A stretch of 64,000 nt of DNA, from positions 1 to 64,000 of the forward strand of contig BROI01000033.1 in the NCBI GenBank assembly GCA_027923505.1, read 5' to 3'. The notes below the pieces were generated by a model, which had not been told where the DNA came from, made no database searches, and worked only from the letters and a program-made list of their open reading frames with translations. A program made the translations under genes and the position numbers. The DNA comes from Mayamaea pseudoterrestris. Its lineage: Eukaryota. Below, in pieces: positions 38,202-50,828 of this stretch; the first letter of the stretch is position 1; every line of letters begins with the position of its first letter.

Positions 38202-41200
38202 ATGGGAGGAAACAGTAACAAGAAGGCCAAGAATCAAGGAAAAGATCAGCAGCATCCGCGTGTTTCCACGGAACGAACGGAGAATGGTGCAAATCGTTAC
38301 GCCAGCAAACCTCTGTCAACAGCTACGACTGCCGCACCACCAACGAAACGAACGGCGGATTTTTATCGGCAGGAGGGGAATGCTGCAATTAGCAATCTAG
38401 ACTACAAGCGGGCTCTTATTTCGTATCGCATTGGACTCCAGCTTTTGGATGAACAAGAAGGAATAACGACAATTAGCAATCGCAATGAAAGCAATGTTAA
38501 TATTCGCATCGCACTCTACTCCAATCTGGCCATGGCTTACTTGAAACTGGGCGACTATCTGCAGGCAATAGATACGTGCGACGCTGTGATTGCACTTGAC
38601 GAAACTAATCCCAAGGTGTGGTGGCGAAAGGCATGCGCGAAGGAAGGTTTGGCGGCATCTGCACTGGAGCAGCAAGGAGAGGACTCGAATAACATAAATG
38701 CCGCGCAAAATTTACTCTACGAAGCAGCGAATGACGTACAACATGCCTTGCAACTCTTGCCGCAGAAGGAATTGCCTTCCGCCGCGTCGAACAAGGCGGC
38801 TTCCGTCATGAAGCGAGAGTGTCATACGTTGCAGCACCGTATTCAGAAGCGATTGCAGGATTTGAAATTACCGTCTGTACCCGGCCTTGCTTTGGATCCA
38901 GAATCAACGAGGCTGGTAGCATCATCAGCGAAAATGAGACGACATGACGACGAAATGCAAGGCACTGACCAAGACACTGCTGACTCTCCCAACTTGCCAT
39001 TGCCGGAGCAGCAACGCCTGGACATTCTCAGATTGCTCGAGGCACGTCAGAAGGCTCCACCTGTCGCCGGCGAAGCATTTTTTCTGGTAAATTGGCGCTG
39101 GTACTGCCACTGGTGCAAATACACGCAAAGCGACTTGTCGCCGTTACTGCCGAAAGGTGCCGTGCCTCCCAATAACTATAATGTCAATGGCGACAACGAA
39201 AATGGACGACTAGTTCGACCGCCGGGTCCACTGGATCATTCGCAATTGCTTCTCTTTTCCGACCCGAATATTTCGGGTTCGCAATCAACTTTTTATCGAC
39301 ATTGGTATCGACCGTACTATGAGTTTCTCGACGACGAAAAGCATGATGGAAACAAAATGCACGACGATGATGATGATATGGGCCGTCGCCCAAAGCATTT
39401 GCCAATACGTCCCAGTCTACAACGAGGGTATCACTACGAAGTGTTACCTCGAGAAGTTTATAACGCTTTTCGATGTTGGTATGGCGAGGTTGATACGAAA
39501 TTACTTGTTTCAAACATTAAAGTAAACGCTGGCATCTGTCTTCGAAGTGACTATCGAAGCGACAATCAACAGCTTGGAGTTTGTCTGTACCCTCTGGTAC
39601 GAAAAGGGGATTTGACTCGCAAGGTCAATGGTAATTTCGCGATTTGTTACGCCTGTCGAGCGTTGATCACAAACATACGTCGGTGCACTCGCTGCGTCAG
39701 CGTCCAATACTGCAGCAGGCGATGTCAATCGTCTCACTGGGAGTATCACAAGCTGGAATGCACACCGATTGTGGCGACTGAACAAGGTGGCTGTTCTTCA
39801 GGTATAGCCTTTCCATTCTCTTTAGCTACTGCTGGCTTGAAAAACATTGGAAACACTTGCTATATTAATGCGCCGCTGCAGTGCTTGCTACATTCCACTC
39901 CTTTGACGCGTCACTTTTTGTCCGGCACCTACCGAGAAGATTTAAACTCGGACCATGTCATGCGAACGGGAGGCGAATTGGCCATTTCATTCGCCCGCGT
40001 CGTTCGTGAAATGCAAATGAATCCGCAGCTTTGTCGCAACGGAGGATATTTCAGCCCGCTAGCTCTCCGACGAAGCGTCGCCAAGTTTGATGCTCGATTT
40101 GCCGGTAGCCAGCAGCAAGATGCTCAAGAGTTTCTGGCATACTTGCTGGATGGTTTGCATGAGGACTTGAACAGAGTAAAGAAAGCACCATACGTGGAAA
40201 TGCCGGATGTAACAGACAAAGACGACGTGGACATTGCGGGAGCCAGGGCATGGGCGATGCACAAGAAGAGGAATGACAGCTTGATCTTTGACTCCTTCTA
40301 CGGACAATTCAAGGGAACATGCGTCTGTCCAAAGTGTGATCGAGTGTCGGTGTCGTTCGAAACGTTCAACCACGTGAGTTTAGAGTTGCCGCAAAGAAAA
40401 AGCAGGCCGTCATTTTATAGGTTGTTGTTCTTCCCTGATCCATCAAACAGTCAACAAGCGGAGCAGCCAATTCTCTACGGGTTTGAGTTATTTCGGACCC
40501 AGCACATTGGCGACCTCATGGACGCACTATCTGATCGTGTCGGCTTGCCGACGAGTCGCATCATTTGTTGCGATATGCGTGACAACACAGTTGATGACAT
40601 GTTGGACGACACAAAGCTACTCGGTTCACTGCCGTCAGATACTATGCTCGCTGCCTATGAAGTTGATCCGCTTGATAGGAATGATTGCTTCCATGTAATG
40701 GCAGACCATGTTCTTCTAACTCCCTCAGTAAATGGTACGATGCGCGAGCGGATTGGCTTTCCGATTGTAGCTTCATTCCCAGCCAGCTATACGTGCCGAC
40801 AAGTATGGCAGTTTATGTGGAGTCGTGTGTCTAATTTTGTACCTGAGCGCGAACCTGACGTCCTTCGCCTGGTAGTTCACTCTGGTGGTACGAATGGAGC
40901 TCCACTGAATGTATTTCCGCTTACGTTGCCTGATGGAACTAAGATGCATAGCGGAATAATTCCAAAAGATCTGGACGAACCAATTCTTACGTTCCTTGGA
41001 GAGGATTCGGTGCAGCGCTTCCTATATATCTGGTTGGAATGGACTGGCGAAGATAACATTGACGAAAATCGCTTCATTGCGCACCAAACGGATGCAAGCT
41101 ACGCACAGGCTGCGGAGCGTCAGCAGGCTAACTATGCTACCAACCAGACAGTCTCGTTGAATGAATGCTTTGACAGCTTTCAACGAGCCGAACGTTTGGA

Positions 41201-41642
41201 TGAGGAAAACACGTGGTACTGCAGTAATTGTCGCGAACACGTCCAGGCTTTAAAGACAATGCAGTTGTCAAAGCTACCAAATATATTGATTGTGCATTTG
41301 AAACGTTTTGAGTATAGACACATGTTTCGAAGTGATAAGCTCGACACTTTCATCGACTTTCCTCGCGATGGGCTCGACATGGACAGGCATTGCACTCCCC
41401 ATAAACAACCAAGCTTTGTTGACGACACCGTTCCGGCTGAATACGATCTGTTCGGAGTTGTGAATCACTATGGACGATTCGGCTTTGGTCATTACACAGC
41501 ACATGTTCGTCGATTTGATGAATCTGGCATGAGTGACTGGGTTCATTGCGACGACGCCAGCATTGAGGAAGTGGAAGATCCAGAATCGATTGTTACACCA
41601 GCTGCGTACGTTCTCTTTTATCGGCGGCGCGTATTTACATGA
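38202..41642 (+). CDS. Ubiquitin-specific protease (peptidase C19, USP4/15-like) with N-terminal TPRs, DUSP-like region and MYND finger
   Basis: Cys box GLKNIGNTCYIN, QQQDAQEFL, His box VNHYGRFGFGHYTA. TPR LYSNLAMAYLKLGDY. MYND CYAC..CTRC..YCSRRCQ..HW..HKLEC. 1146-aa single ORF. Confidence 0.93.
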   Translation: MGGNSNKKAKNQGKDQQHPRVSTERTENGANRYASKPLSTATTAAPPTKRTADFYRQEGNAAISNLDYKRALISYRIGLQLLDEQEGITTISNRNESNVNIRIALYSNLAMAYLKLGDYLQAIDTCDAVIALDETNPKVWWRKACAKEGLAASALEQQGEDSNNINAAQNLLYEAANDVQHALQLLPQKELPSAASNKAASVMKRECHTLQHRIQKRLQDLKLPSVPGLALDPESTRLVASSAKMRRHDDEMQGTDQDTADSPNLPLPEQQRLDILRLLEARQKAPPVAGEAFFLVNWRWYCHWCKYTQSDLSPLLPKGAVPPNNYNVNGDNENGRLVRPPGPLDHSQLLLFSDPNISGSQSTFYRHWYRPYYEFLDDEKHDGNKMHDDDDDMGRRPKHLPIRPSLQRGYHYEVLPREVYNAFRCWYGEVDTKLLVSNIKVNAGICLRSDYRSDNQQLGVCLYPLVRKGDLTRKVNGNFAICYACRALITNIRRCTRCVSVQYCSRRCQSSHWEYHKLECTPIVATEQGGCSSGIAFPFSLATAGLKNIGNTCYINAPLQCLLHSTPLTRHFLSGTYREDLNSDHVMRTGGELAISFARVVREMQMNPQLCRNGGYFSPLALRRSVAKFDARFAGSQQQDAQEFLAYLLDGLHEDLNRVKKAPYVEMPDVTDKDDVDIAGARAWAMHKKRNDSLIFDSFYGQFKGTCVCPKCDRVSVSFETFNHVSLELPQRKSRPSFYRLLFFPDPSNSQQAEQPILYGFELFRTQHIGDLMDALSDRVGLPTSRIICCDMRDNTVDDMLDDTKLLGSLPSDTMLAAYEVDPLDRNDCFHVMADHVLLTPSVNGTMRERIGFPIVASFPASYTCRQVWQFMWSRVSNFVPEREPDVLRLVVHSGGTNGAPLNVFPLTLPDGTKMHSGIIPKDLDEPILTFLGEDSVQRFLYIWLEWTGEDNIDENRFIAHQTDASYAQAAERQQANYATNQTVSLNECFDSFQRAERLDEENTWYCSNCREHVQALKTMQLSKLPNILIVHLKRFEYRHMFRSDKLDTFIDFPRDGLDMDRHCTPHKQPSFVDDTVPAEYDLFGVVNHYGRFGFGHYTAHVRRFDESGMSDWVHCDDASIEEVEDPESIVTPAAYVLFYRRRVFT

Positions 41643-41700
41643 GTGATATTGTAAATAATGATAAACTATGCATTGATTTGGCCGAATTATATTGACTTGA

Positions 41701-44697
41701 TTAGTCATCGTACTCGAAGGCAACAGCCAATTCCTGTCCGTCTCGCAGCATCTCGAATGCCTCAAACGCTGTTTCAAGCCGGGCCCGTCTAGTGATAAGT
41801 CGCGATGGACGGAGCTGGCGTAAAAGCTCCCAAGTAACCTCAAATCGTCTTTTCTTGTCCCATGTCGCTTGCAGTAATGCCGGGATCTCACTGACCTGTA
41901 TCAGTGATCGTCAGAAAGATCGCAAATTTAGATACAAATAGCAAACCGACTCACCTGTGACACTGTAAGAGTCTTCTTGCTCCGATGAAAATCAAGTCCA
42001 AGTTTCAAAGCAACGTCAGCGTTGCCGTACCATGAACCAATAACAATTTTCCCTCCGTTGCGCGTCGAGTCGATAGCTGACTGGAGTGCCTTGCCATTGC
42101 CACTGATCTCAATGGCAACGTCGAATTGTTGCGCACGTAAGACGTTTTCGGGTTGCAGCACTTCATGCGCTCCCATCATGGCTGAAGCAGCCAGGCGAGC
42201 CGGTAAAGTATCAACCGTCGTAAGGGCACCTAATGCGGCGGACGAGATGCATGCCGTGATTGGAAACGAACGAGCGAGAATGGCAGTGACAAGAAGTCCT
42301 ATTAGTCCTTGCCCAAACACAATGACTCGCTCTCCGACTCTTGGATTTGCGTCGTGGACGAGTGACAGAGCCGTCTCTACTGACGGCATGAAAATGGCGT
42401 CGCCTGAATGAAGAACCCCATTAGATCGAATCCAATTGCGGTGAATGAATTTCAACACAAATACTTCACTTACCTGGATCGATGCCGTGGGGAACAACTT
42501 GAATAGCATCTCGCTCGGCGACGACCTGCGACGCATGCGGGGCAAACGCAAACACCAGCTTGCCAACGAGACTGATGTCGTCCTGGACAGCAGATCCACA
42601 TTCGACAACCGTTCCCACTAGGCAGTAGCCATATGTCAACGGATACGCCATACGTTCCGTGTCCATTCCCTTGATGTTGACATCTAGTGCCGCCTCGTCA
42701 AAGTTTCCAGTAAATACTTTCAGCTCCGTGCCAGAGCTGATCAAAGAGTATATTGTCTTGATTCGTACTTGATTGGGTGCCAATCCTGGTGCCTTTCTGT
42801 CGACTACTCGTACTGTATTTGGGGCAATAAATTCAAGCTGCGAATACGTCGGCGAGAAAGAGGTCATCTGCGTCGATTGTTGCGTCGCTGCAAAGTTCCA
42901 GCTTCCAATTGGCGGCAATGTGAACAAGAGGTCAACGTTTGACACGTATATTGCAGGTTGATGTATGCGTGCTCGATCGATCCACGCTTGAGCGTTCCAT
43001 CGAGCGCAGCTTAGTTCGGGACAGGCAACGGTCCCGAAAAAGTACATCATGGCGTTCCACAGATTTGCATTCTGAAAAGGGTCAATGATCCAGTCCGATG
43101 CGCCCTTCTGAAGCAACGTGCCGCCATGATTGGCCATGGCGTCGATCAATCGACTGGGATCCAAATGGTGCGCATGTCTCGACTCGAGTGCCTTGGCGTA
43201 GCAAGCAAACGCGCAAGTGTCGGAAGGCACCGGTTTTGCTGTCGAGTGTTCGACTTGAAAAGGTTTGCTAGGAAGAAACTGAGTAGTACCTTGAAAGGTG
43301 ATTGGCAAATACACAAGCATATGCTCCGTTCCGTCTCCGCGACTTGAAAATTGCCGCAGCAAGGAGCGCGTCAGTTGCTCGGGATCAATGAGATCCGCAA
43401 AGCAACAACCGACAACAAGCGCTGGTGTAGGTTGCTTGCTGCGTTTAGCGTCTTGTTGAAAATCCCAGCATCGCAAATGCACAATGACACGAGGCAAGTT
43501 GCCGTTGCTTGGACGAACATAAACATGCTCGTCATCGTTAATTGTGTCGCTCCAAACGAATCCCATGTCTTGTAGAATGGACATGCACGGCTGCTCCAAC
43601 GCGCGATTGGGTTCATAGGCATAGTAGTGTATTGTCGTCGAGTTTGATGGAAGTGCACCAAGTAGTGACGGCAAGTCGTCGCCATGCCCGTTCAGCAAAA
43701 GTTGTAGCATGGACAAGAGGCCCGCTCCCAAGTCGGCAATGACAACACGATCACTACTGCTCGACGCTGCAACAATTTCACGAACCATGCGCTGGTAGGT
43801 GCCTCGGTTTAACGACGTTAAATCAACGTGATTCTTGGCGCGCAAATAGTCGACTTGATCAAACGTATAGTTGGTTGGCACGTAGCCAAGCGTTCGACAG
43901 AGAGCCACCAGGAGCGAGTCACCAGTGCCATGCACTTGATAAATGTTCATATAGTCCTTTGCGGAAGCAAGGTTGGCAACCGAGTCGTCCAAAAGGTGCA
44001 GCCTTTCGCGCGAGTGGTGTTGTTGCAGCAGCTTGTCGAAAAAGACGGTTGGTTTCGCCTTGGTCGGAAACAGATTTGGTCGCCTGTCGGGAGTCATGAT
44101 TTTTGTAAACGGAACTCTTGTCAATCCTAATGCTTGAATGACTTTTTCCACGTGATATTTGGGTGAATTGCTGGCAATTTGTAGCGACGCGTCCGGCGCA
44201 AGGGAACGGAGCAAGTCTCGAACAAGTTCATTTTCGGCGTTACCCGACGAATGTGAGTATCCTGTACCCAACGCCGAGCCTTTTGTTTGTAGTAGCGAGT
44301 CTACGCTAACATTTTGATATACTTCTTTGTAGAATTGTTGCACAAGCTTCTTGTTGACTTGACGAGTGTTCATCAAGCCTTGAATCGTCGATCCATGTTT
44401 GACGTGCAGCTCCTGCGCTTGGACGGGAGTCATGTTCAAATGATCGCGACAGTAATCATGAATCCCTCTAATGATTTGACTTTCAATTTCGCAAGCAGAT
44501 TCATCGTACAGAGTATTGTCAACATCTAAAAGGAGCGTTAGCTTGTTTTCGTCGAGCGGCAAGGACGAGGGACGGTCGTTCGACCGTGACTTCTTCCGCC
44601 ATGGTAGCCAAGACCCGATTCTTGGACGCGAATAACCTTTTTGAATAGCTGTTAAAAGAACTAATGCGAGATAGCATGGCTGCTTGAGGCCGTGCAT
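41701..44697 (-). CDS. Three-domain fusion: HAD phosphatase (pyrimidine 5'-nucleotidase-like) + class I SAM methyltransferase-like + Zn-type/MDR dehydrogenase; 2 introns
   Basis: HAD motifs LLDVDNTLY and LLDDS; MTase VIADLGAG; dehydrogenase YSLISSGTEL and VFGQGLIG. GT-AG introns 42404-42473 (IDPG|DAIF) and 41896-41954 (VSQ|VSEIP) restore the frame to TAA at 41701. Confidence 0.85.
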
Positions 44698-45561
44698 AGT
44701 TTTAAACTGGCACTATAGGTAGCCAGCATTGATCATCGGATCATGTATGTTTCCTTGTTGTCCGCATGTCGTCGTGGTCGATCATGCACGTGAGTACCGG
44801 TACGATTCCTTTTGCGGCGGCGCGGGACATCCGGAGGCACGATTCATTTTGTGACTCGAAAGCTCTGATTGTCTGATAGGAGTAGACTTTAACGACCTAC
44901 CGGGCAATCCAACTCGTACTTTAACAAGCTTGAATTGCAGTCAGAATAACATAGATGGCACCATTCTATGGTAGCTTCTTTTAAGACATGCACCATTACT
45001 CCGAGACCTGATTCATTAATTATGCCTCGTGCCGTCTGCTCCCGAAATGACTCCCGATGACGCAGAAGGTTGAATGGCCGTCACGAATGACCGAAATGGC
45101 ACGATTTCGGTGCAACGAACAAAAGATCGCATCGCATTGTGAACGTGACGAACAATCGGCGGTTTCGGAGACACTACCGTAGACATGGACATTTTGAGGC
45201 TCTTTGCGTCGCTCGAACTATTAAGCCTTACATGATTTCCTCCGACGAACATATTCGTTGCTTACGCCTCAGTCGTGTGTGACCCTCACGAACACAATTT
45301 CGGTGTCAGAGACATTCCGTATCAATTGCCTTGGGACATTTTCGTCGAACGAATCAACCAATATTTCTGACAAGCATCTGCGCGGAGGCAATAGTGTGCG
45401 TACTTTGAATCGAGTTTGGCCGGCATGTTCGTTAATGCCGCCTCCCGGAGGCTTCGGAAATCGCTGGTGAAGGCGACCGATGAGTCGATCACTGATCTCA
45501 CACAAATTACAGAATCGAATCAACTGATCACAATCAAACAAACAATTAGACATCATCAATC

Positions 45562-46269
45562 ATGGATCATTCAGACACCTGCACCACCGCCATTGCGCTC
45601 AACAACATGGCCATTTCCTTGCTGGAACGCAAGTGCTACCGTCAAGCATGGGAAACTTTTCACGACGCCGTCCAAATTGCATGCCACAACAAGACCACGT
45701 CTCAATCCAAGTACCTCAGCAAGGCACTGCAGCGCCAATGCAAGCCAGAACCATCCAAAGCCAAGAGTCCCCTTCATCTTGAAGTCGTCTCGGACACTGC
45801 CGATTCCATCACTTGCATTCATGCGACTCATTTACCAAACAGTGTTTCCCTCATTCGCCTCGAGGCGCTCGACTCGACCACGGACGACGCAGAGGTGGAT
45901 GGTTCCGTCATTCTGCACAACTACGCCGTGGCGGCGCTCCTTCTCGCACTGGCGTACCCCGCCGCCAAGGTGTCGGCGCAGCTGCTGCAGACTTGCATGA
46001 AGCACTTGCTGCAGTCGCAGGACAAATTGTCAACTCGCTACGAAGGTCTTGACATGGAGATTGACTACGGATTAGTCCAAAAGGTCTTTGTCGTTGCCAC
46101 CATTAGCACCAACAGCTTGCTCTTTATCTTGGGGCGCTTCGACGCCGAGCAGTTTGCCGTGGAGATTGAGGAGTGCGAGTGCAAGCTGGAAACGCTCAAG
46201 GAAACGCTCGCCAGTCTGGATCAACCGACTGCCACGGACAGTGGAGTGGTGGCGGCAGCAGCGGCATGA
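45562..46269 (+). CDS. Hypothetical helical protein (TPR-like N-terminus AIALNNMAISLL)
   Basis: 235-aa ORF with coding-like composition. The LNN..L and LHNY motifs resemble an expanded diatom family as I recall it. Confidence 0.7.
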   Translation: MDHSDTCTTAIALNNMAISLLERKCYRQAWETFHDAVQIACHNKTTSQSKYLSKALQRQCKPEPSKAKSPLHLEVVSDTADSITCIHATHLPNSVSLIRLEALDSTTDDAEVDGSVILHNYAVAALLLALAYPAAKVSAQLLQTCMKHLLQSQDKLSTRYEGLDMEIDYGLVQKVFVVATISTNSLLFILGRFDAEQFAVEIEECECKLETLKETLASLDQPTATDSGVVAAAAA

Positions 46270-46441
46270 GTTTGAGCCAATGCTTGACTTCATAAACAAA
46301 TACAATATAGAATTTCAATTACAAATTACATTCTTAATTGTTGTCTACACAATGGCGCAACCATCTGCACACTAGATTACGCACTTTCAACAACTGCATT
46401 CACCATTTTGTCCTCGTCAAACGTTTGACACCACTATAGTA

Positions 46442-47227
46442 TTACTCTTCGTGGGCGATACGGTTCTGTGCCTCCGCGAGCCGGCGGCTCTCCCGCAACA
46501 ATTGGACCAAGTCACGACGTCGGGACACAGTAAGAGTAATGATTGATGCAATGGCGGAAAAAAGTTCTTCTCGCTCTACTCCCGCGTCAATATTGTTCGC
46601 CATTTGAAATAGGATTGTCAAAACATTTGAGTTTAAAAAGGCTTCGTCGAACCACTCGTACCAAGCAGCATGCGAGGCATGGCTGTATCGGAGATCATGT
46701 CGTAGCAGCAAACTTTGGACAATTTCTGCTAAGTACATACAAAGTTCGTGCGGATTCTTTCTTGTGGCATGCGCGATCATGTCAAAACAGGACTTGAAAA
46801 GATCGCGTTGCGCTGAGTGGCTCCCGCACCAGCAGCGTTGAGCAAGCTCGCGCATCACCGCCGACATGAATTTAACACTGTCAGAGTAATACTGCAGATA
46901 TCCGACCAACTCTTGCAGCAAAGACGGGTCGTAAGGACAGACTCGGGTCGATATTTGGATCTCGCCTATAATGAAAAACGTTCGATTATAAACATCGTCC
47001 ATCAATATACCAGCGTCATCTTTCAAAATCATGCGCACGAGGTCAGGTTCGAAGATGACCCGGTTCAAACAAAGCGAAGTCATCCGGACTTGTCCTAATA
47101 TGTCGATTGGGCGAGACTTGGACTCTTCAAATAAAGCTTCGCCCGTCTTTTGAGAACGCTTACTGCGGCGTAGGGGCAGCGTTGATGTGTTGCCTTCTCT
47201 CTCCCGTTTCGCAGGGGCTTGCGACAT
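46442..47227 (-). CDS. Hypothetical protein, tandem paralogue 1
   Basis: Open frame from MSQAPAKRER. Aligns with the neighbouring locus (RPIDILGQVR / EPIDVPKQVR; QELVGYLQYYSDSVKFMS / QELIGYVRFYADSVAFMS). Confidence 0.7.
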   Translation of the reverse strand: MSQAPAKREREGNTSTLPLRRSKRSQKTGEALFEESKSRPIDILGQVRMTSLCLNRVIFEPDLVRMILKDDAGILMDDVYNRTFFIIGEIQISTRVCPYDPSLLQELVGYLQYYSDSVKFMSAVMRELAQRCWCGSHSAQRDLFKSCFDMIAHATRKNPHELCMYLAEIVQSLLLRHDLRYSHASHAAWYEWFDEAFLNSNVLTILFQMANNIDAGVEREELFSAIASIITLTVSRRRDLVQLLRESRRLAEAQNRIAHEE

Positions 47228-47565
47228 GCTGTATGTGTTGCTGGGAATGATGGAAAGTAAATGACGAAATATGAGCGATAGCATCAAAGTGAAATACCCA
47301 CGCTACGTGGACATTCGCTTTCGGTCCACGCTTGTCACGTCGGGAAATTTGGGTGCTTTCTCCCGCCGAACGTCGCATCAATCGCGCCAAAGAGACACAG
47401 CTAAAATAAAAAATGCTATAAAATGTAATGTATCCTTGCCTTCCTTAGTCAAGAATCAGCGTCATCGACAATCGTAGCTTGCCGCGAGTGATCCTATATC
47501 TAGAAAGGTTTACGCGTGTGTTTCAAATAACAACCTGCATGGTCCGCCGTGCCGACAAGTCGCAT

Positions 47566-48460
47566 CTACCAATCCTCGCTGTCGTCACTATCATAAGCAT
47601 CGAGGTAATCATCTAAACTCATGTCCGATGCGTTGTCTCCAATTTCCAGAGTCAATGAATGGATTCGAGGCACCAACTGAGCAAAAAGCTGATCGTATCC
47701 GTTGGGAGGGAACGGTCGGTAATCAATGAGAAGCCTCACAAACTCACGAAGCAGCTGTCGAGTAACTCCGTAGACAAGCTCTGGCACAAGCGTACCGGTA
47801 GAATCACGGTGGTTTCGGATTGGAACAAGATATAAGTCCATGCTGTCTACCACTTGCAAAATGAGGTCGATTGTCTCGGTTTGCAGGAAGCTGTGGATAA
47901 GGGTCGCGTTTCAATTGTTAAAATCTACTTCCTTTAATTTATAATGAAGCGGATGACTCAAACAGCGATAACAATACAGCACAAAATACGCTCCCAGCTC
48001 CTGTGGGTTCGCCTGCGTGACTCGCAGTAAAATGTTAGTCAAGGGCATGACAAGCGGGCGCTGCAACGGCGCCAAATCACGGTTATCGCGCAGCCCCCAT
48101 CCAAGGTCATCGATTGCGAGGAGGGGCATGAGTTCCGACATGAACGCGACACTGTCAGCGTAGAATCGAACGTATCCAATAAGTTCCTGACATGACTTGT
48201 CGAAGAGTGGGTCCGTGTAACTTGCCGGCCGCAAAACGTTGTGGTAAATGACAAGGATACGTTCCAAAACATCCATCATGACGGCTCCTTTGTAATGCTT
48301 TACAAATACATTCGTCAATCCTTGTTCCGAAAATTGGCGATTGCAGCAAAGTGCCAATGTTCGGACTTGCTTTGGAACGTCGATTGGTTCTTGGCTAACC
48401 CACCATGGTGAAACGATTTTGGCAGCGCAATGGCAACGACACATTCCATGTTTCAGACAT
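47566..48460 (-). pseudogene. Tandem paralogue 2, disrupted
   Basis: An in-frame TGA at 47911-47913 separates ORFs 47911-48444 and 47566-47859. The N-terminal LPLR motif shared with paralogue 1 lies in a different frame (frameshift near 48400). Confidence 0.65.
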
Positions 48461-48779
48461 GCTTTCGCAAGTCCCTATCAAAAAAAGTCAAATGGCAGGG
48501 AGTACCGGTAGGCGAGACGAGCTTTTGAACAGGATTCTGAGTATGCCGTCAACTCGCGATTAAAATTTTCCAGCGTTCCGATAAGTGACGCTGCTTTTGC
48601 AGTTGCTAATGAAGGAGCCCGTAGCACAAGCACTCAAAGTTGCAGCTACTAGATCTGAATTGCAATTTGCCTCTACGCTCCAGAAGTGAGGATTGAATCT
48701 TCTCGTTGATCTGGCGGATCTTCGCAGTGGTGGCTGAAGGCCGCGAGATCTTTCTTGTCACAGCCATTGAGTACTGATA

Positions 48780-50780
48780 TTGCCGTTTCGTTTCAAGTCG
48801 ATTTTTCGGATTTTCACGACACCGCGATTCGACCAACCATCCACCATTTGCAGCAGCATCCGTCATTCCAATTTAAAAGGCACAGAAGGAAGTAACTATA
48901 GATTTAAAACACTAGATCTACTAAGTAAGTCATGACGGATTCAATGGTGCAGTCGGTTTTGTCATCCGAGCCGTATTGGTCCCGCCGCGGCTCCGTTTCT
49001 GAAAAAGTACGTCCGTTTTTTCGTCGGCCCCCTCCAATCCATCCTTGCTATCGCGCCATGGGTCCTTTTTGACGCTGATACCATGCATACACTTGCTTTA
49101 TAGTGTAATGGATCGATTTGTTAAGTTCGGTTGTGTTCTGATGCGTATTTAAAGTAAAGTAGCCCTTGAACGGCGACCTCACATTTTGTGGAAAACTTTG
49201 AGGCGATCCACACGCTTCGTTTGACGGCAACAAGCACCTTCTCATTCCACTCTTTGCTCTATATTCTTCATACAGACGCCAACGATCTAATTGCTAAAGC
49301 GGACGGAGATTAAGCAGCGTTTAACTGACTTCGTACCGAATCACCTACAACAGCTGCAACCAGCAACACGACGCTGGCGCTTCAAGCTGCCGACATCGTC
49401 AACCATCATTTAAATGCTTTGATTTTGACACCAGCACTTGGTCTCCATTCTTTGATATCCTGGCTTGTGTAGGACGCCTTGGAGATGCCCGTTCATCAAT
49501 TGTGGGGAAGCTTTAGTCATGGCAAGTTGGCGCCGTGCGCCATTCTGTCACCGCAGTTGCACTAGCGCTGCAAAGGGCAGTTGCACGCTGCAAAAAACTG
49601 CTTTGAACGCATTGAAAAGCTTATCCTTTATAATGTATGATGGACTCGTTGGTGCAGGAAGGCGGTCTGCACGCAGCGCTCTACTTGTTCACATTGCCGC
49701 GCTCGCTGAATCGGCAGATGGCCTGCTGTACCTGCACACTTGCTTTCCTTCTAAATGGTGGCAGACAAGGCACAGAAGGCAGCCAGGGGTGTACAATTAG
49801 CGCTTCTTTAACTTGGAAGAGCTTTACTGCTTTGTCGGGTTGCCCTTCTAAAGCAAAATGCTAGGGTGAGGCCACTTTTTGCCGCAACACACATATCGGT
49901 ACTAATACACTACTCGAACTGCTACTGCAAGCTCTTTTACACTTTATTAATGTTGTTTGTTTGGCAAATGTACTTTAAATTGTATCGTCACACACATGGC
50001 CGCTTCCGGTGGATTGGTAATGCTCCTGCCGATGCCCAATGGCGGCATTGTGTCTATTAGCGTAGAAATGCTCATTAGACACACCTAATCGCTGTACATC
50101 TGCATCTTCTACTGTGTTCGATTGGTCCAAAGCCAGTAGAATGACATTTACCTTCCTGGCAAGTATGCTCCATCCTCCAATAAAGCAGGTGAAGCTTGAT
50201 GCGCGCGCAAAGATTGAAACGATTCAGCCTTCACTAACCGTCATTCTTGCCCAATTGCATGCTTACAGATGTCATTAACAAGATCGGTAAAGAATCTGAC
50301 ACGAGTGTTTGCTTTAGAAGTGCCAGCAATAGCGTTTTTGGGGGATGATTCCGACAGACGTTAAGGACCTGCATCGGCATCCATCTTCTGCTTGGGCATG
50401 CTGCAGTCTTCCTTGATGGTTTTGAGTGATTTTTTACGCGAAATCGATCCTGTATAAAGTAAAGAAGCGATATGTAAGTGTGCACTATAGGAGGAATTAG
50501 AATAGCGCTGTAAATTGAGGCGGTGACTGACGAGGAGGAGGAAACGGATGCAATAAAAACATAAATCGTGCTGCGGCGGGACCAATACGGCTTGAATGAC
50601 AAAACTGATTACACCATTCGAACCCGCTTGACTTACTTAGTAGATCTAGTGTTTTAAATCAATAAAAAGGACTAAGTCTGAGCTTTAAAAGGCGAAAATG
50701 GATGCTGCTGCAAATGGTGGATGGTTGGTCGATTCGCGGCGTCGTGAAATCCGAAAAATCGACTTGAAACGAAACGGCAA
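48780..50780. mobile_element. 2.0-kb non-autonomous TIR DNA transposon (~153-bp TIRs, TA flanks)
   Basis: 48780-48932 is inverted relative to 50629-50780. The outer ~82 bp differ by 2 substitutions and 1 indel; the inner 32 bp (gatttaaaacactagatctactaagtaagtca) are identical. TA at 48778-79 and 50781-82. Confidence 0.88.
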
Positions 50781-50828
50781 TACGACGTTTCAATCGTTCG
50801 AAATTGCGTTCGTTCCAACCTTCGATTG

